Source of the DNA: Candidatus Omnitrophota bacterium
Lineage (GTDB): Bacteria > Omnitrophota > Gorgyraeia > JAGLLT01
DNA length: 64,000 bases
NCBI GenBank assembly: GCA_030632085.1
Contig: DAOVJY010000001.1
Span: 2,125 to 66,124 of the forward strand
Direction: 5' to 3'
Positions within the stretch are counted from its first letter, which is position 1. Each line of letters begins with the position of its first letter. The notes beneath the pieces are model-generated. The model searched no databases. It saw only the letters and a list, made by a program, of their open reading frames with translations, and was not told where the DNA came from. Below, in pieces: positions 10,161 through 19,342 of this stretch. The position numbers and the translations under genes are program-made.

Positions 10161-10199
10161 CCACAATATATAGTGGTCTATTAACACAACATATTGTGG
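10161..10199. promoter_or_regulatory. Tandem NrdR-box-like palindromes
   Basis: CCACAATATATAGTGG (10161-10176) and ACACAACATATTGTGG (10184-10199) resemble the acaCwAtATaTwGtg consensus. Confidence 0.7.
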
Positions 10200-10223
10200 C
10201 TTAAGAGATTAGACTAAATAAAA

Positions 10224-11435
10224 TTATTCGCTGGAGGATTGAATACTCTTTATGAGTGCTGGAATTATTTTAAATAAATCTCCAACAACCCCATAATTAG
10301 CAACTTTAAATATGGGAGCATCGGGGTTTTTATTAATCGCGATAATTACATCCGAAGACTGCATTCCGACTAAATGCTGAATCTGGCCCGATATGCCGCA
10401 AGCAATATATAGTTTAGGGCAAACCGTCCGCCCTGTCTGGCCTACTTGATGAGAGTAAGGAACCCAGCCGGCATCAACTATAGACCTTGAAGCCCCCACC
10501 GCCCCGTTTAACGCTTTCGCGAGTTCCTCAATTAATGTTATGTTTTCCCTGGAACCAATACCTCTTCCCGCGGCAACTATAATATCAGCTTCTGTAATGT
10601 TAACTGTCTCTTCAATTTCCTCAATAATATCCTTAAGAATAATGTCGGTATTTAAAAGTTCGCTTGATACTTTTTCTTCAATTATTTCACCCTTGCGGTT
10701 CTCATCTTCCTTTGCCTCAGCAAAAACTTTATGCCTGACTGTTGCCATTTGCGGCCTATGCTTCTGACACATAATCGTCGCCATAATATTACCGCCAAAG
10801 GCGGGCCTTGTCTGAAGTAATAATTTACTTTTTTTATCAATTTCAAGAGCGGTGCAGTCAGCAGTTAAGCCGGTATTAAGTTTTATTGCCAGGCGCGGAA
10901 CCAGAGACCTGCCAATGGTTGTTGCTCCGGCAAGAATTATTTCAGGTTTATATTTTTTTATAATCTCGGTAATTACCGCTGAATAAGGCCCGCTTTGGTA
11001 ATGATTTAATATTGTATTTTCTACGATTATTACTTTATCAGCTCCTCTATGAATTAAACACTGAGCCTCTTGTTTGACGCTAGACCCTAATAAAACTGCC
11101 GTTAAATCAACCTTCAATTCATCGGCTAATTCTCTGCCTTTATTTAACAGTTCATATGACACCGATTGTACTTTATTATTTTTTTGCTCGGCTAATATCC
11201 AGACACCCATGGCTTCTTTGAGAGACACCGCCGATTCAAAACCGGCCTGTTTTTGCATTTCGATAGCTTCAAATTTACATTTTGATATGCACGCTCCGCA
11301 TAAAGTACATTTATCATAATCTATCTTTACTTTTTTACCTTGCATATAAAGAGCATTATACGGGCAAGCATCCAGGCAAGCCCGGCAACCGACGCATTTA
11401 TCTTCAAGTATCCGGATACTCTTTAAAACTTTCAC
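10224..11435 (-). CDS. etfA: Electron transfer flavoprotein alpha subunit with N-terminal 2x[4Fe-4S] ferredoxin domain
   Basis: CVGCRACLDACP and CTLCGACISKC; GLTADCT, TRPAFGG, QVGQTG, GISGQIQH. Confidence 0.95.
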   Translation of the reverse strand: MKVLKSIRILEDKCVGCRACLDACPYNALYMQGKKVKIDYDKCTLCGACISKCKFEAIEMQKQAGFESAVSLKEAMGVWILAEQKNNKVQSVSYELLNKGRELADELKVDLTAVLLGSSVKQEAQCLIHRGADKVIIVENTILNHYQSGPYSAVITEIIKKYKPEIILAGATTIGRSLVPRLAIKLNTGLTADCTALEIDKKSKLLLQTRPAFGGNIMATIMCQKHRPQMATVRHKVFAEAKEDENRKGEIIEEKVSSELLNTDIILKDIIEEIEETVNITEADIIVAAGRGIGSRENITLIEELAKALNGAVGASRSIVDAGWVPYSHQVGQTGRTVCPKLYIACGISGQIQHLVGMQSSDVIIAINKNPDAPIFKVANYGVVGDLFKIIPALIKSIQSSSE

Positions 11436-12214
11436 TTTATCTCCTTGATCACATTTGATAACTTCTCAACAATATCAGATACTTCCCCCGTAAACATCTC
11501 ACCCTTTTCACGGGCCGGTGGTGAGAAAATTTTAACTACCTGCGTAGGTGAACCATCTAATCCTAAATATTCCGATTTAACATCCAGGTCATCGGCTCTT
11601 ATAGTTTTGATTTGGGCCTTTTTAGACCTCATCATACCTTTCAATGAAGGAATTCTGGGCTCATTTATTTCCTTAACAACGCTCATCAAACAAGGAAGCG
11701 AAGCTTCAATAATTTCATAACCTTCTTCTATTAATCTTTCCACTGTTATCTTGCCATTTTCTATATTTTCAACTTTCTTGACATATGTAATTTGCGGTAT
11801 ATTTAAATGAACGGCAATACCGGGGCCAACTTGAGCCGTATCTCCGTCCGCCGCCTGTTTTCCGCAGATAATAATATCAAATTGACCTATGGATTGAATA
11901 CCCTTAGCAAGAGTATAACTTGTAGCCCAGGTGTCACTTCCCGCGAAAGCCCTGTCGGACAAAAGAACGCCATCATCAACTCCCATGGAAATCGCTTCTC
12001 TTAAAATACTTTCAGCTTGAGGCGGGCCCATACTTATAACCGTGACTTTACCTTCATGCTTTTCTTTTATGCGCAGAGCTTCTTCCACAGCGTACATATC
12101 AAACGGATTCATAATAGAGTCCACGCCTTCTCTAATTAAAGTGTTAGTTTCCGGATCAATTCTGACATCCGTTGTATCAGGTACCTGTTTTACGCAGACT
12201 ACAATATTAAGCAA
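11432..12214 (-). CDS. etfB: Electron transfer flavoprotein beta subunit
   Basis: VCVKQVPDT, NPFD..A.EEAL, FAGSDT, GKQAADGDTAQVGP, NEPR. Confidence 0.96.
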   Translation of the reverse strand: MLNIVVCVKQVPDTTDVRIDPETNTLIREGVDSIMNPFDMYAVEEALRIKEKHEGKVTVISMGPPQAESILREAISMGVDDGVLLSDRAFAGSDTWATSYTLAKGIQSIGQFDIIICGKQAADGDTAQVGPGIAVHLNIPQITYVKKVENIENGKITVERLIEEGYEIIEASLPCLMSVVKEINEPRIPSLKGMMRSKKAQIKTIRADDLDVKSEYLGLDGSPTQVVKIFSPPAREKGEMFTGEVSDIVEKLSNVIKEIK

Positions 12215-12232
12215 AGTACACCTCTTCTTATA

Positions 12233-13387
12233 TTATTTTTTTCGAGATTCTTTAATTAGACTAGCAGCGATAATGCTTCGCTGAATCTGGTTGGTGCCTT
12301 CATATATTTGAGTAATCTTGGCATCTCTCATATATTTCTCTATGGGATAATCTTTCATGTAACCATAACCGCCATATATTTGAATACAATCTACGGTTAC
12401 TTTCATGGCAACATCTGAAGCGTACATTTTACTCATAGCGGAAGCGCCGGCTACATTGTTTTTTTTCGCGTCAATCATTCTGGCGGTTGAATAAACCAAA
12501 GCTCTGGCGGCTTCTATTTCCGTCGCCATATCGGCCAACATAAACTGAATTCCTTGAAAATTTGAAATAGATTTACCGAACTGCTTACGTTCGGTAGCAT
12601 ATTTAACCGTAAGATCTAACGCTCCCTGCGCGATACCTAAGGCTTGAGCCGCGACACCGGGCCTGGACGCATCAAAAGTCCTCATAGTCGCAATAAAACC
12701 CATCCCTTCCTTACCGAGAACATTTTCTGCCGGCACCTTGCAATCATTGAAGACCAATTCGGTAGTAGTCGAAGCTCTTATACCCAATTTATCCTCCTTT
12801 TTACCAAAAGTAAAACCCTTAGTACCCTTCTCGATAATAAATGCTGTTGCCCCTCTGGCGCCTTTAGTTTTATTTGTCGTCGCGATAACGACATAGGTAT
12901 CAGCTACACCACCATTAGTAATAAAGTGCTTCATACCGTTAATAACATAATGATCGCCTTCTTTTTTGGCTGTGGTTTGAATAGCGGAAGCGTCACTTCC
13001 GGCCTCCGGTTCGGTAACCGCGAAGGCGGCAATTTTTTTACCACTGGCTAAATCGGGAATGTATTTCTTTTTCTGTTCTTCATTGCCCATAATAAGAATC
13101 GGAATTGTACCTAAGGCACTAGCCGCGTAGCAAACTGCTATACCACCACACGCCTTAGAAAGCTCTTCAGTGATTAAACAAAGCTCAAAAACTCCTCCGC
13201 CAAAACCTCCATACTTTTCAGGAAGATACACACCAAAAAGGTCGCTATCAGCCAAGGCTTTCATAACTTCATAAGGAAACTCACTTTTTTCATCCAGTTC
13301 CTTAGCAACAGGCCTAATTTTCTCGTCGGCAATCTTACGAGCTAAATCCTGCATCATCTTCTGTTCTTCAGTCAAAAGATAATCCAT
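12233..13387 (-). CDS. Acyl-CoA dehydrogenase (butyryl-CoA dehydrogenase-like)
   Basis: AFAVTEPEAGSD, NGMKHFITNG, KLGIRAS, ERKQFG, GGYGY, IYEGTNQIQR. Confidence 0.95.
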   Translation of the reverse strand: MDYLLTEEQKMMQDLARKIADEKIRPVAKELDEKSEFPYEVMKALADSDLFGVYLPEKYGGFGGGVFELCLITEELSKACGGIAVCYAASALGTIPILIMGNEEQKKKYIPDLASGKKIAAFAVTEPEAGSDASAIQTTAKKEGDHYVINGMKHFITNGGVADTYVVIATTNKTKGARGATAFIIEKGTKGFTFGKKEDKLGIRASTTTELVFNDCKVPAENVLGKEGMGFIATMRTFDASRPGVAAQALGIAQGALDLTVKYATERKQFGKSISNFQGIQFMLADMATEIEAARALVYSTARMIDAKKNNVAGASAMSKMYASDVAMKVTVDCIQIYGGYGYMKDYPIEKYMRDAKITQIYEGTNQIQRSIIAASLIKESRKK

Positions 13388-13396
13388 AATTTTCTC

Positions 13397-14644
13397 CTAA
13401 CTTTCATTAAATTTCTTTATAGCGATAGTCGCGTTGTGTCCGCCAAAGCCCAAACTATTACTGAGAGCTATACTAAAATCAACTTTTCTAGCTTCATTGG
13501 GAACATAATCAAGATCGCAATCCGGATCCGGTACACTATAGTTAATTGTTGGAGGAATGATTCCTTCTTTTAAGGCTAGAGCCGTCGCGGATGCTTCAAT
13601 GGCTCCCGCGGCGCCCAACATATGACCGGTCATAGATTTAGTTGAACTTACCATCAATTTCTTAGCGTGTTCTTTAAAGGCTAGCTTAATGGCCTTAGAT
13701 TCTATTTTATCGTTTAAACGAGTTGAGGTTCCATGCGCGTTGATATAATCTACTTTATCAGGAGATATACCGGCATCTTCAAGAGCCAACTCCATTGAAC
13801 GAACAGCGCCTCTTGCTCCAGGATCGGGCGCGGTCATATGATATGCATCGCATGTGGCCCCATATCCCACAATTTCAGCTACTATATCAGCATTCCTTGC
13901 TAAAGCATGTTCTAATGATTCTAAAATAATAATTGCCGCCCCTTCAGCCATAATAAACCCATCTCTTTCTTTGTCAAAAGGACGGCTGGCATGTTCGGGG
14001 TCATCATTTCTTGTGGAAAGAGCTCTAGCGGAACAAAATCCTGCAAGGCCTAAAGGCGTTATCGCGTTTTCGCTGCCGCCAACAACCATCACATCAGCTT
14101 TTGAGTTTTGAATAATACGATAAGCTTCACCTATACCATGATTACTTGAAGCACAAGCGGTCACCACCGCAAGATTAGGGCCTTTTAAGTTATAATTTAT
14201 AGCTATCTGGCCCGATGCCATATTTATAATAAGCATCGGAATAAGAAAAGGAGATATCCTTTTAGGGCCTTTCTCAAGAAGAATTTTATGTTGCTCTTCA
14301 ATGGTTATAAGGCCGCCGATACCCGAAGACACTATACAGCCCATTCTCTCGGGATTTTCATTCTGTAAATCTAATTTGGCATCTTTAATAGCTTCATCGG
14401 CGGCTACAAGCGCGTACTGAACAAAACCATCCATGCGCCTGGCTTCCTTGGAATTAATCAAATGAGATGCGTCAAAATTCTTTACCTCACCAGCTATTTT
14501 ACTGGTATGTTCTGAAACATCAAACTTTGTATTCGGTCCAATTCCACCCTTACCGCCAATAAGCGATGACCAAAAATCTGATTTTGAATTACCTATAGGT
14601 GATATTATACCTATACCGGTAATAACAACTCTTTTAGTATTCAT
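13397..14644 (-). CDS. fabF: 3-oxoacyl-ACP synthase II
   Basis: TACASS, NAHGTST, KSMTGHMLGAAG, SNSLGFGGHN. Confidence 0.96.
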   Translation of the reverse strand: MNTKRVVITGIGIISPIGNSKSDFWSSLIGGKGGIGPNTKFDVSEHTSKIAGEVKNFDASHLINSKEARRMDGFVQYALVAADEAIKDAKLDLQNENPERMGCIVSSGIGGLITIEEQHKILLEKGPKRISPFLIPMLIINMASGQIAINYNLKGPNLAVVTACASSNHGIGEAYRIIQNSKADVMVVGGSENAITPLGLAGFCSARALSTRNDDPEHASRPFDKERDGFIMAEGAAIIILESLEHALARNADIVAEIVGYGATCDAYHMTAPDPGARGAVRSMELALEDAGISPDKVDYINAHGTSTRLNDKIESKAIKLAFKEHAKKLMVSSTKSMTGHMLGAAGAIEASATALALKEGIIPPTINYSVPDPDCDLDYVPNEARKVDFSIALSNSLGFGGHNATIAIKKFNES

Positions 14645-14667
14645 TAGTTTTAATTAAAATAAACTAT

Positions 14668-14904
14668 TCACTTTTTAGCTTTTTCTTCAATATATTTAAT
14701 GGCCAAATCAACCGTAGTCATCTTTTCCGCGTCTTCATCCGGAATCTCAATTCCAAATTCATCCTCCAAGGCCATTACTAATTCAACTGTATCAAGCGAA
14801 TCCGCGCCTAAGTCATCTATGAAAGAAGACTGAGTTGTAACTTCCTCTTTTTTAACGCCTAATTGCTCCGCGATTATAGATATAACCTTTCCTTCTGTGG
14901 ACAT
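14668..14904 (-). CDS. acpP: Acyl carrier protein
   Basis: [20 protein letters not shown]. Confidence 0.97.
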   Translation of the reverse strand: MSTEGKVISIIAEQLGVKKEEVTTQSSFIDDLGADSLDTVELVMALEDEFGIEIPDEDAEKMTTVDLAIKYIEEKAKK

Positions 14905-15037
14905 TTCAATGTCCTCCTTTCTTAATGATCCGCCTTAGGCGGAGAATTAATCCCGCACTCATTCAAAGTTTTTATTTGCGGGATAAGTTCAGACATAGAA
15001 CTTGGTCTCGCTTTGCTCGCCTAAGTTCTATCTTTAC

Positions 15038-15778
15038 TTACATAAGCATTCCGCCATCCACCTGAATAACCTGGCCGGTTATATATCTGGATTGCGGTGA
15101 ACATAAAAATAGAACTAAATTTGCAATATCTTCCGTGGTGCCCAACTCACCTAAAGGTATCATTTTAAGCATAGCTTCTTTTACCGAATCACTTAACTCA
15201 TCCGTCATTTTTGTTTTTATATATCCGGGGGCAATAGCATTAGCCCTGACGCCTTTAGATCCAAGCTCTTTGGCTACTGTTTTAGTAAGAGCAATTAATC
15301 CCGCCTTAGAAGCGGCATAATTAGCCTGGCCGGGATTACCCATCAAGCCAATTATTGAAGCTATACTTATAATCACCCCGCCTCTTTGTTTTAACATGGG
15401 CCTGGAAACAGCTTTAATCAGGTTAAATGCCCCTTTTAGATTTATAGCCAAGACGCTATCCCAGTCTTTTTCTTCCATGCGAAGGAGTAATTTATCACGG
15501 GTAATTCCGGCATTATTGATAAGTATATCTATCTTTTGAAATTTGTCAAGGACATTGTTGATAAATTCCGTAACTTGTTGAGATGATGATACATCAACTA
15601 CAACAATCATAACTTCAACGCCTAATTTAGCAATATCCTTTTGAGCATTTTTAAGCTCATCCCGGTCGATATCACAAATTACTATCTTTGAACCTTCGCG
15701 GGCCAGTTTTAAGGCGATTTCCTTACCTATGCCTCTGGCAGCCCCTGTAATAACTGAAACTTTATCCTTTAATATCAT
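15038..15778 (-). CDS. fabG: 3-oxoacyl-ACP reductase
   Basis: TGAARGIG, NNAGITRD, YAASK, VDGG. Confidence 0.96.
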   Translation of the reverse strand: MILKDKVSVITGAARGIGKEIALKLAREGSKIVICDIDRDELKNAQKDIAKLGVEVMIVVVDVSSSQQVTEFINNVLDKFQKIDILINNAGITRDKLLLRMEEKDWDSVLAINLKGAFNLIKAVSRPMLKQRGGVIISIASIIGLMGNPGQANYAASKAGLIALTKTVAKELGSKGVRANAIAPGYIKTKMTDELSDSVKEAMLKMIPLGELGTTEDIANLVLFLCSPQSRYITGQVIQVDGGMLM

Positions 15779-16704
15779 GTCTTTAATTCCTTTTTTACCT
15801 TTTCGATATCTTCTGATGAGCCAATATTATGAACTGTAAGTTCCGGATTTATCCGCTTTAACAACCCCTTCAAAACCCGCCCGGGCCCAATCTCAAAAAA
15901 TACAGTTACACCATTAGCTACCATACATTCCACGGATTTCTGCCAGTATGTTATTTGGCTGACCTGTTTAAAAAGATTAGTTTTAATACTTTCAGGATTA
16001 TCCTCTGTTTCTCCGGTTACATTAAAAACAATTTCACAGACAGGTTCTTTAATATTTATATCTTCCAGTTCATTCTTAAGCTTTAAACTAGCCTCCCGCA
16101 TAAGAACTGTATGAAAAGGGCCGCCCACCTTCAAAAGAAGGACTCTCTTAGCTCCCTTTTTTTTAGCTAAAACTTCAGCATCTTTTAAATTATTATGTTT
16201 CCCGGAGATTACAATTTGACCGGGACAATTTAAATTAGCTATATATGTCTGTGTTTCGCGGACGATTTCATTAATTTTTTCTAAATCTAAACCAAGTATT
16301 GTTAACATACTTCCCGGATTAGCAGCTGAGGCTTCCTGCATAAACTTACCGCGCTTAGCCACCAAGTTTATAGCATCCACAAAATCTATGCTGCCCGCGG
16401 CTGCCAAAGCACTGTATTCCCCCAAACTAAGGCCCGCTACATAGTCCGGCGTTACATCTAAACCGGATGAGCGCATAGCCGTTAAAGCCGCGATGCTGGC
16501 CGTCAATATAGCCGGTTGAGAAATGTTTGTTAAAGATAACTCCTCAAGAGGGCCGTGAAAACAAACTTTATTAATATCAAAATCAACTATAGCTTGCGCT
16601 TTATCAAAAATATCTTTAGAGGCGGGTATATTATTATATAAGCTTTCGGACATACCCACAAATTGAGCTCCCTGTCCCGGAAAAATAAAAGCCTTTTTTA
16701 CCAT
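15775..16704 (-). CDS. fabD: Malonyl-CoA:ACP transacylase
   Basis: FPGQGAQ, QPAI, GLSLGEY, GPFH, EIGPG. Confidence 0.96.
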   Translation of the reverse strand: MVKKAFIFPGQGAQFVGMSESLYNNIPASKDIFDKAQAIVDFDINKVCFHGPLEELSLTNISQPAILTASIAALTAMRSSGLDVTPDYVAGLSLGEYSALAAAGSIDFVDAINLVAKRGKFMQEASAANPGSMLTILGLDLEKINEIVRETQTYIANLNCPGQIVISGKHNNLKDAEVLAKKKGAKRVLLLKVGGPFHTVLMREASLKLKNELEDINIKEPVCEIVFNVTGETEDNPESIKTNLFKQVSQITYWQKSVECMVANGVTVFFEIGPGRVLKGLLKRINPELTVHNIGSSEDIEKVKKELKT

Positions 16705-17687
16705 CTGATAACAGCTCCTCCCCAGGTAAGGCCTCCGCCAAAAGTGGAAAGAACTACAATATCATCAGATTTAATAACCTTTTTTAACACCGCTTCATTA
16801 AGAGCCGTTACGGTTGATGCCGCTGACATATTGCCATATTTCTCTAAATTGATAAAAACTTTTTTATCTTCCAGGTTAAGGCGCTTACCAACCGCCTTTA
16901 TAATTCTTATATTTGCTTGATGCGGGACTAACATATCAATATCATCAGTAGTCATCTTACATAATTTTAAAGCTTCGTGAGCGCAATCAACCATCTTCTT
17001 AACAGCTATCTTAAAAAGCTCACTACCGCGCATTTTAATATACTGCATGCGTTCATCGATAATCCTGTAGGAGGCGGGATTCAAAGAACCTCCTCCCGGT
17101 ACATATAACAAGTCAGCTTTCCTGCCATCACTTCCCAAGTAAACTGATAATACGCCTTTATTGGAATTAGTTGGCCTTAAAATGCAAGCTCCGGCGCCAT
17201 CTCCAAATAAAACACAAGTGTTCCTGTCCTTCCAATCAGTTATCGAAGAGAGTTTATCGGCTGCTATTACCAAAATCGTCTTGTATTGAGCTGACTTTAT
17301 AAGAGCTTGAGAAACGCAAAGCGCGTACGGAAAACCGGCACACGCGGCGGATAAATCCATACAAGCGGCATTACTTGCCTTAATTCTTTGCTGAACAAAA
17401 CAGGCCGTTGAGGGAAAATTCATATCCGGAGTTACAGTTACCACTATTATTAAATCTATTTCGGAGGGGAGTATTTGAGCGTTTTTCATTGCTTCTTTAG
17501 CCGCCTTAGCCGCCATATGAGAAGTCGCTTCACCCGGAGCCGCTATTCTACGCTCTTTAACACCTGTTCTGGTTATAATCCATTCATCAGATGTATCAAC
17601 CATCTGCTCAAGGTCATGATTAGTAAGGATTTTTTCGGGGTAATAATTCCCTACTCCTATAATCTTTGCCCGTATTTCTTTATTCAT
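16698..17687 (-). CDS. fabH: 3-oxoacyl-ACP synthase III
   Basis: DTSDEWI..RTG, AACAGF, LFGDGAGA, PHQAN, GNMSAAS, FGGGLTWG. Confidence 0.96.
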   Translation of the reverse strand: MNKEIRAKIIGVGNYYPEKILTNHDLEQMVDTSDEWIITRTGVKERRIAAPGEATSHMAAKAAKEAMKNAQILPSEIDLIIVVTVTPDMNFPSTACFVQQRIKASNAACMDLSAACAGFPYALCVSQALIKSAQYKTILVIAADKLSSITDWKDRNTCVLFGDGAGACILRPTNSNKGVLSVYLGSDGRKADLLYVPGGGSLNPASYRIIDERMQYIKMRGSELFKIAVKKMVDCAHEALKLCKMTTDDIDMLVPHQANIRIIKAVGKRLNLEDKKVFINLEKYGNMSAASTVTALNEAVLKKVIKSDDIVVLSTFGGGLTWGGAVIRW

Positions 17688-17744
17688 AATCCCCTTTTAA
17701 TCAACTTATACCCTTATATGGCACAAGCAAGATACAAACAATAT

Positions 17745-17795
17745 TCAATCCTTCGATACTGCTCAGGATTGACCCTGAGTAAATTGAAGGGTCAA
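17745..17795 (+). repeat. REP-like bipartite palindromic element (copy 1)
   Basis: TCAA-TCCTTCGATACTGCTCAGGA-TTGA-CCCTGAGTAAATTGAAGGG-TCAA; other copies at 45315 and 54435. Confidence 0.9.
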
Positions 17796-17809
17796 ATAAC
17801 CATACAAGA

Positions 17810-17925
17810 ATAGCGACTTATGACTTATGACTTTGCACTTGCGTTTTGCATCTTGTCTTTTGTTTTTGTTTTTTTGCTTTTCATTTCTTGTGGCTTATGA
17901 CTTGTGTCTTGTGACTTGTTTTTTA
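17810..17925. repeat. Degenerate heptamer tract between plsX and fabH
   Basis: GACTTAT GACTTAT GACTTTG ... CTTGTGG CTTATGA CTTGTGT CTTGTGA. Confidence 0.75.
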
Positions 17926-17943
17926 TACGTTAAACGCTATTTT

Positions 17944-18939
17944 TCAGCTGTGATTATTTTTTATTGAATCAATAATATGTTGATTTATATCATGTATTAC
18001 AGCTTCCGCGGCCACCCTGATGCCATTCTTTATAGCCTTAGCGGAAGAACGGCCGTGCCCTACAATGCAAATACCATCTATGCCTAAAAGCGGCGCGCCT
18101 CCATGTTCGGCGTAATCCACTTTTCTTTTTAACTTTTTAAAAGCCGGCATACTTAAAAGGCCGCCAATCATCGTAAGTAAGTTGCTGCTTAATTGCTGCT
18201 TAAATAAGCCGGCTACAGTTTCAGCTACGCTTTCTAAGACTTTTAAAATAATATTGCCGGTAAATCCGTCGCAAACAATTACATCCGCCTTGCCCGAAAA
18301 TATATCGCGGCCCTCAACATTGCCTACAAAGTTTAAATTGCTGTTACTCAATAAATCATGAGCCAATTTAATAAGTTCATTGCCTTTAGACTTCTCCTCA
18401 CCAATGCTAAGCAAACCTACTTTTACCTCTTTTTTTGCCAAAACATAACGGCAATAAACACTGCCCATAACGGCATATTGAAACATATGTTCCGGCTTGC
18501 AATCAACATTAGCTCCCACATCAATCAATAATGAATTATTGAGAAGCGTTGGCAAGACAACGCTGATCCCGGGCCTATCTATAGCCTCGAGAGTCCTCAG
18601 CTTTAGAGCCGCGCTGCAAACAACGGCCCCTGTATTTCCGGCGGTAAATAACGCGTCCGCCTTTTTTTCTTTTACAAGGTTAACAGCTACATTAATTGAA
18701 GAGTCCTTCTTCTTTCTGATAGTAGCTGCCGGTGATTCATCCATGCCTATAATTTCAGAGGCATGCTTAATAGATATCGTAGAAGGCACTTTCTTATGCC
18801 GAGAAAGCTCTTTTTCAATAGAATACTGTTCCCCTACAAGTATAATTTCATATCCATATTCAGAAGCTGCTAAAATTGAACCGTCTATAGCATTGTGCGG
18901 CGCGAAATCACCACCCATAGCATCTACCGCTATTATCAT
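17944..18939 (-). CDS. plsX: Phosphate acyltransferase PlsX
   Basis: IAVDAMGGD, AGNTGA, DVGAN, VCDGFTGN, GGAPLLG, HGRS. Confidence 0.97.
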   Translation of the reverse strand: MIIAVDAMGGDFAPHNAIDGSILAASEYGYEIILVGEQYSIEKELSRHKKVPSTISIKHASEIIGMDESPAATIRKKKDSSINVAVNLVKEKKADALFTAGNTGAVVCSAALKLRTLEAIDRPGISVVLPTLLNNSLLIDVGANVDCKPEHMFQYAVMGSVYCRYVLAKKEVKVGLLSIGEEKSKGNELIKLAHDLLSNSNLNFVGNVEGRDIFSGKADVIVCDGFTGNIILKVLESVAETVAGLFKQQLSSNLLTMIGGLLSMPAFKKLKRKVDYAEHGGAPLLGIDGICIVGHGRSSAKAIKNGIRVAAEAVIHDINQHIIDSIKNNHS

Positions 18940-18949
18940 ACGCTTACCT

Positions 18950-19156
18950 TTAGCTTTCTTTCTTTGATTCTTTTTTCTTTTCTTTTATCTCAATCACTTG
19001 CTTGCCTCTATAATATCCGCAATAAGGACAAACCGCGTGCGGCTTTTTCATTCTACCGCAATGCTTACATTTGCTGAGACTGCAAACGCTTAATTTTTTA
19101 TGTGTCTTCTTTTTATCTCTTCTCGCCTTGGAAATCTTTCTTTTTGGTAACGCCAT
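18950..19156 (-). CDS. rpmF: 50S ribosomal protein L32
   Basis: MALPKRKISKARRD, CKHC..PHAVCPYCGYY zinc motif. Confidence 0.96.
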   Translation of the reverse strand: MALPKRKISKARRDKKKTHKKLSVCSLSKCKHCGRMKKPHAVCPYCGYYRGKQVIEIKEKKKESKKES

Positions 19157-19172
19157 ATCAACTCCTCCTGAA

Positions 19173-19340
19173 TTATAATACTGATTTATTATTTGTTTTT
19201 AAGTTTACACCTTCACCTACAATAAAACTTAAATCAATGCCCTTTTTACTATTGACTTTATATTCGAATTTAAAAGATTTGTCAAGTTCATAATTGAATT
19301 CTTCGCGGTATCTTAAACATATTGCCCTAAAATTTACTTT
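19173..19340 (-). pseudogene. Remnant of YceD/DUF177 gene
   Basis: Startless frame KVNFRAICLRYREEFNYELDKSFKFEYKVNSKKGIDLSFIVGEGVNL resembles DUF177 C.RC..F...IDL...E; located where yceD usually lies, upstream of rpmF. Confidence 0.6.
19257..19285 (-). promoter_or_regulatory. Sigma70-type promoter for rpmF-plsX-fab
   Basis: TTGACA-17bp-TATAAA inside the yceD remnant. Confidence 0.65.
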
Positions 19341-19342
19341 TT

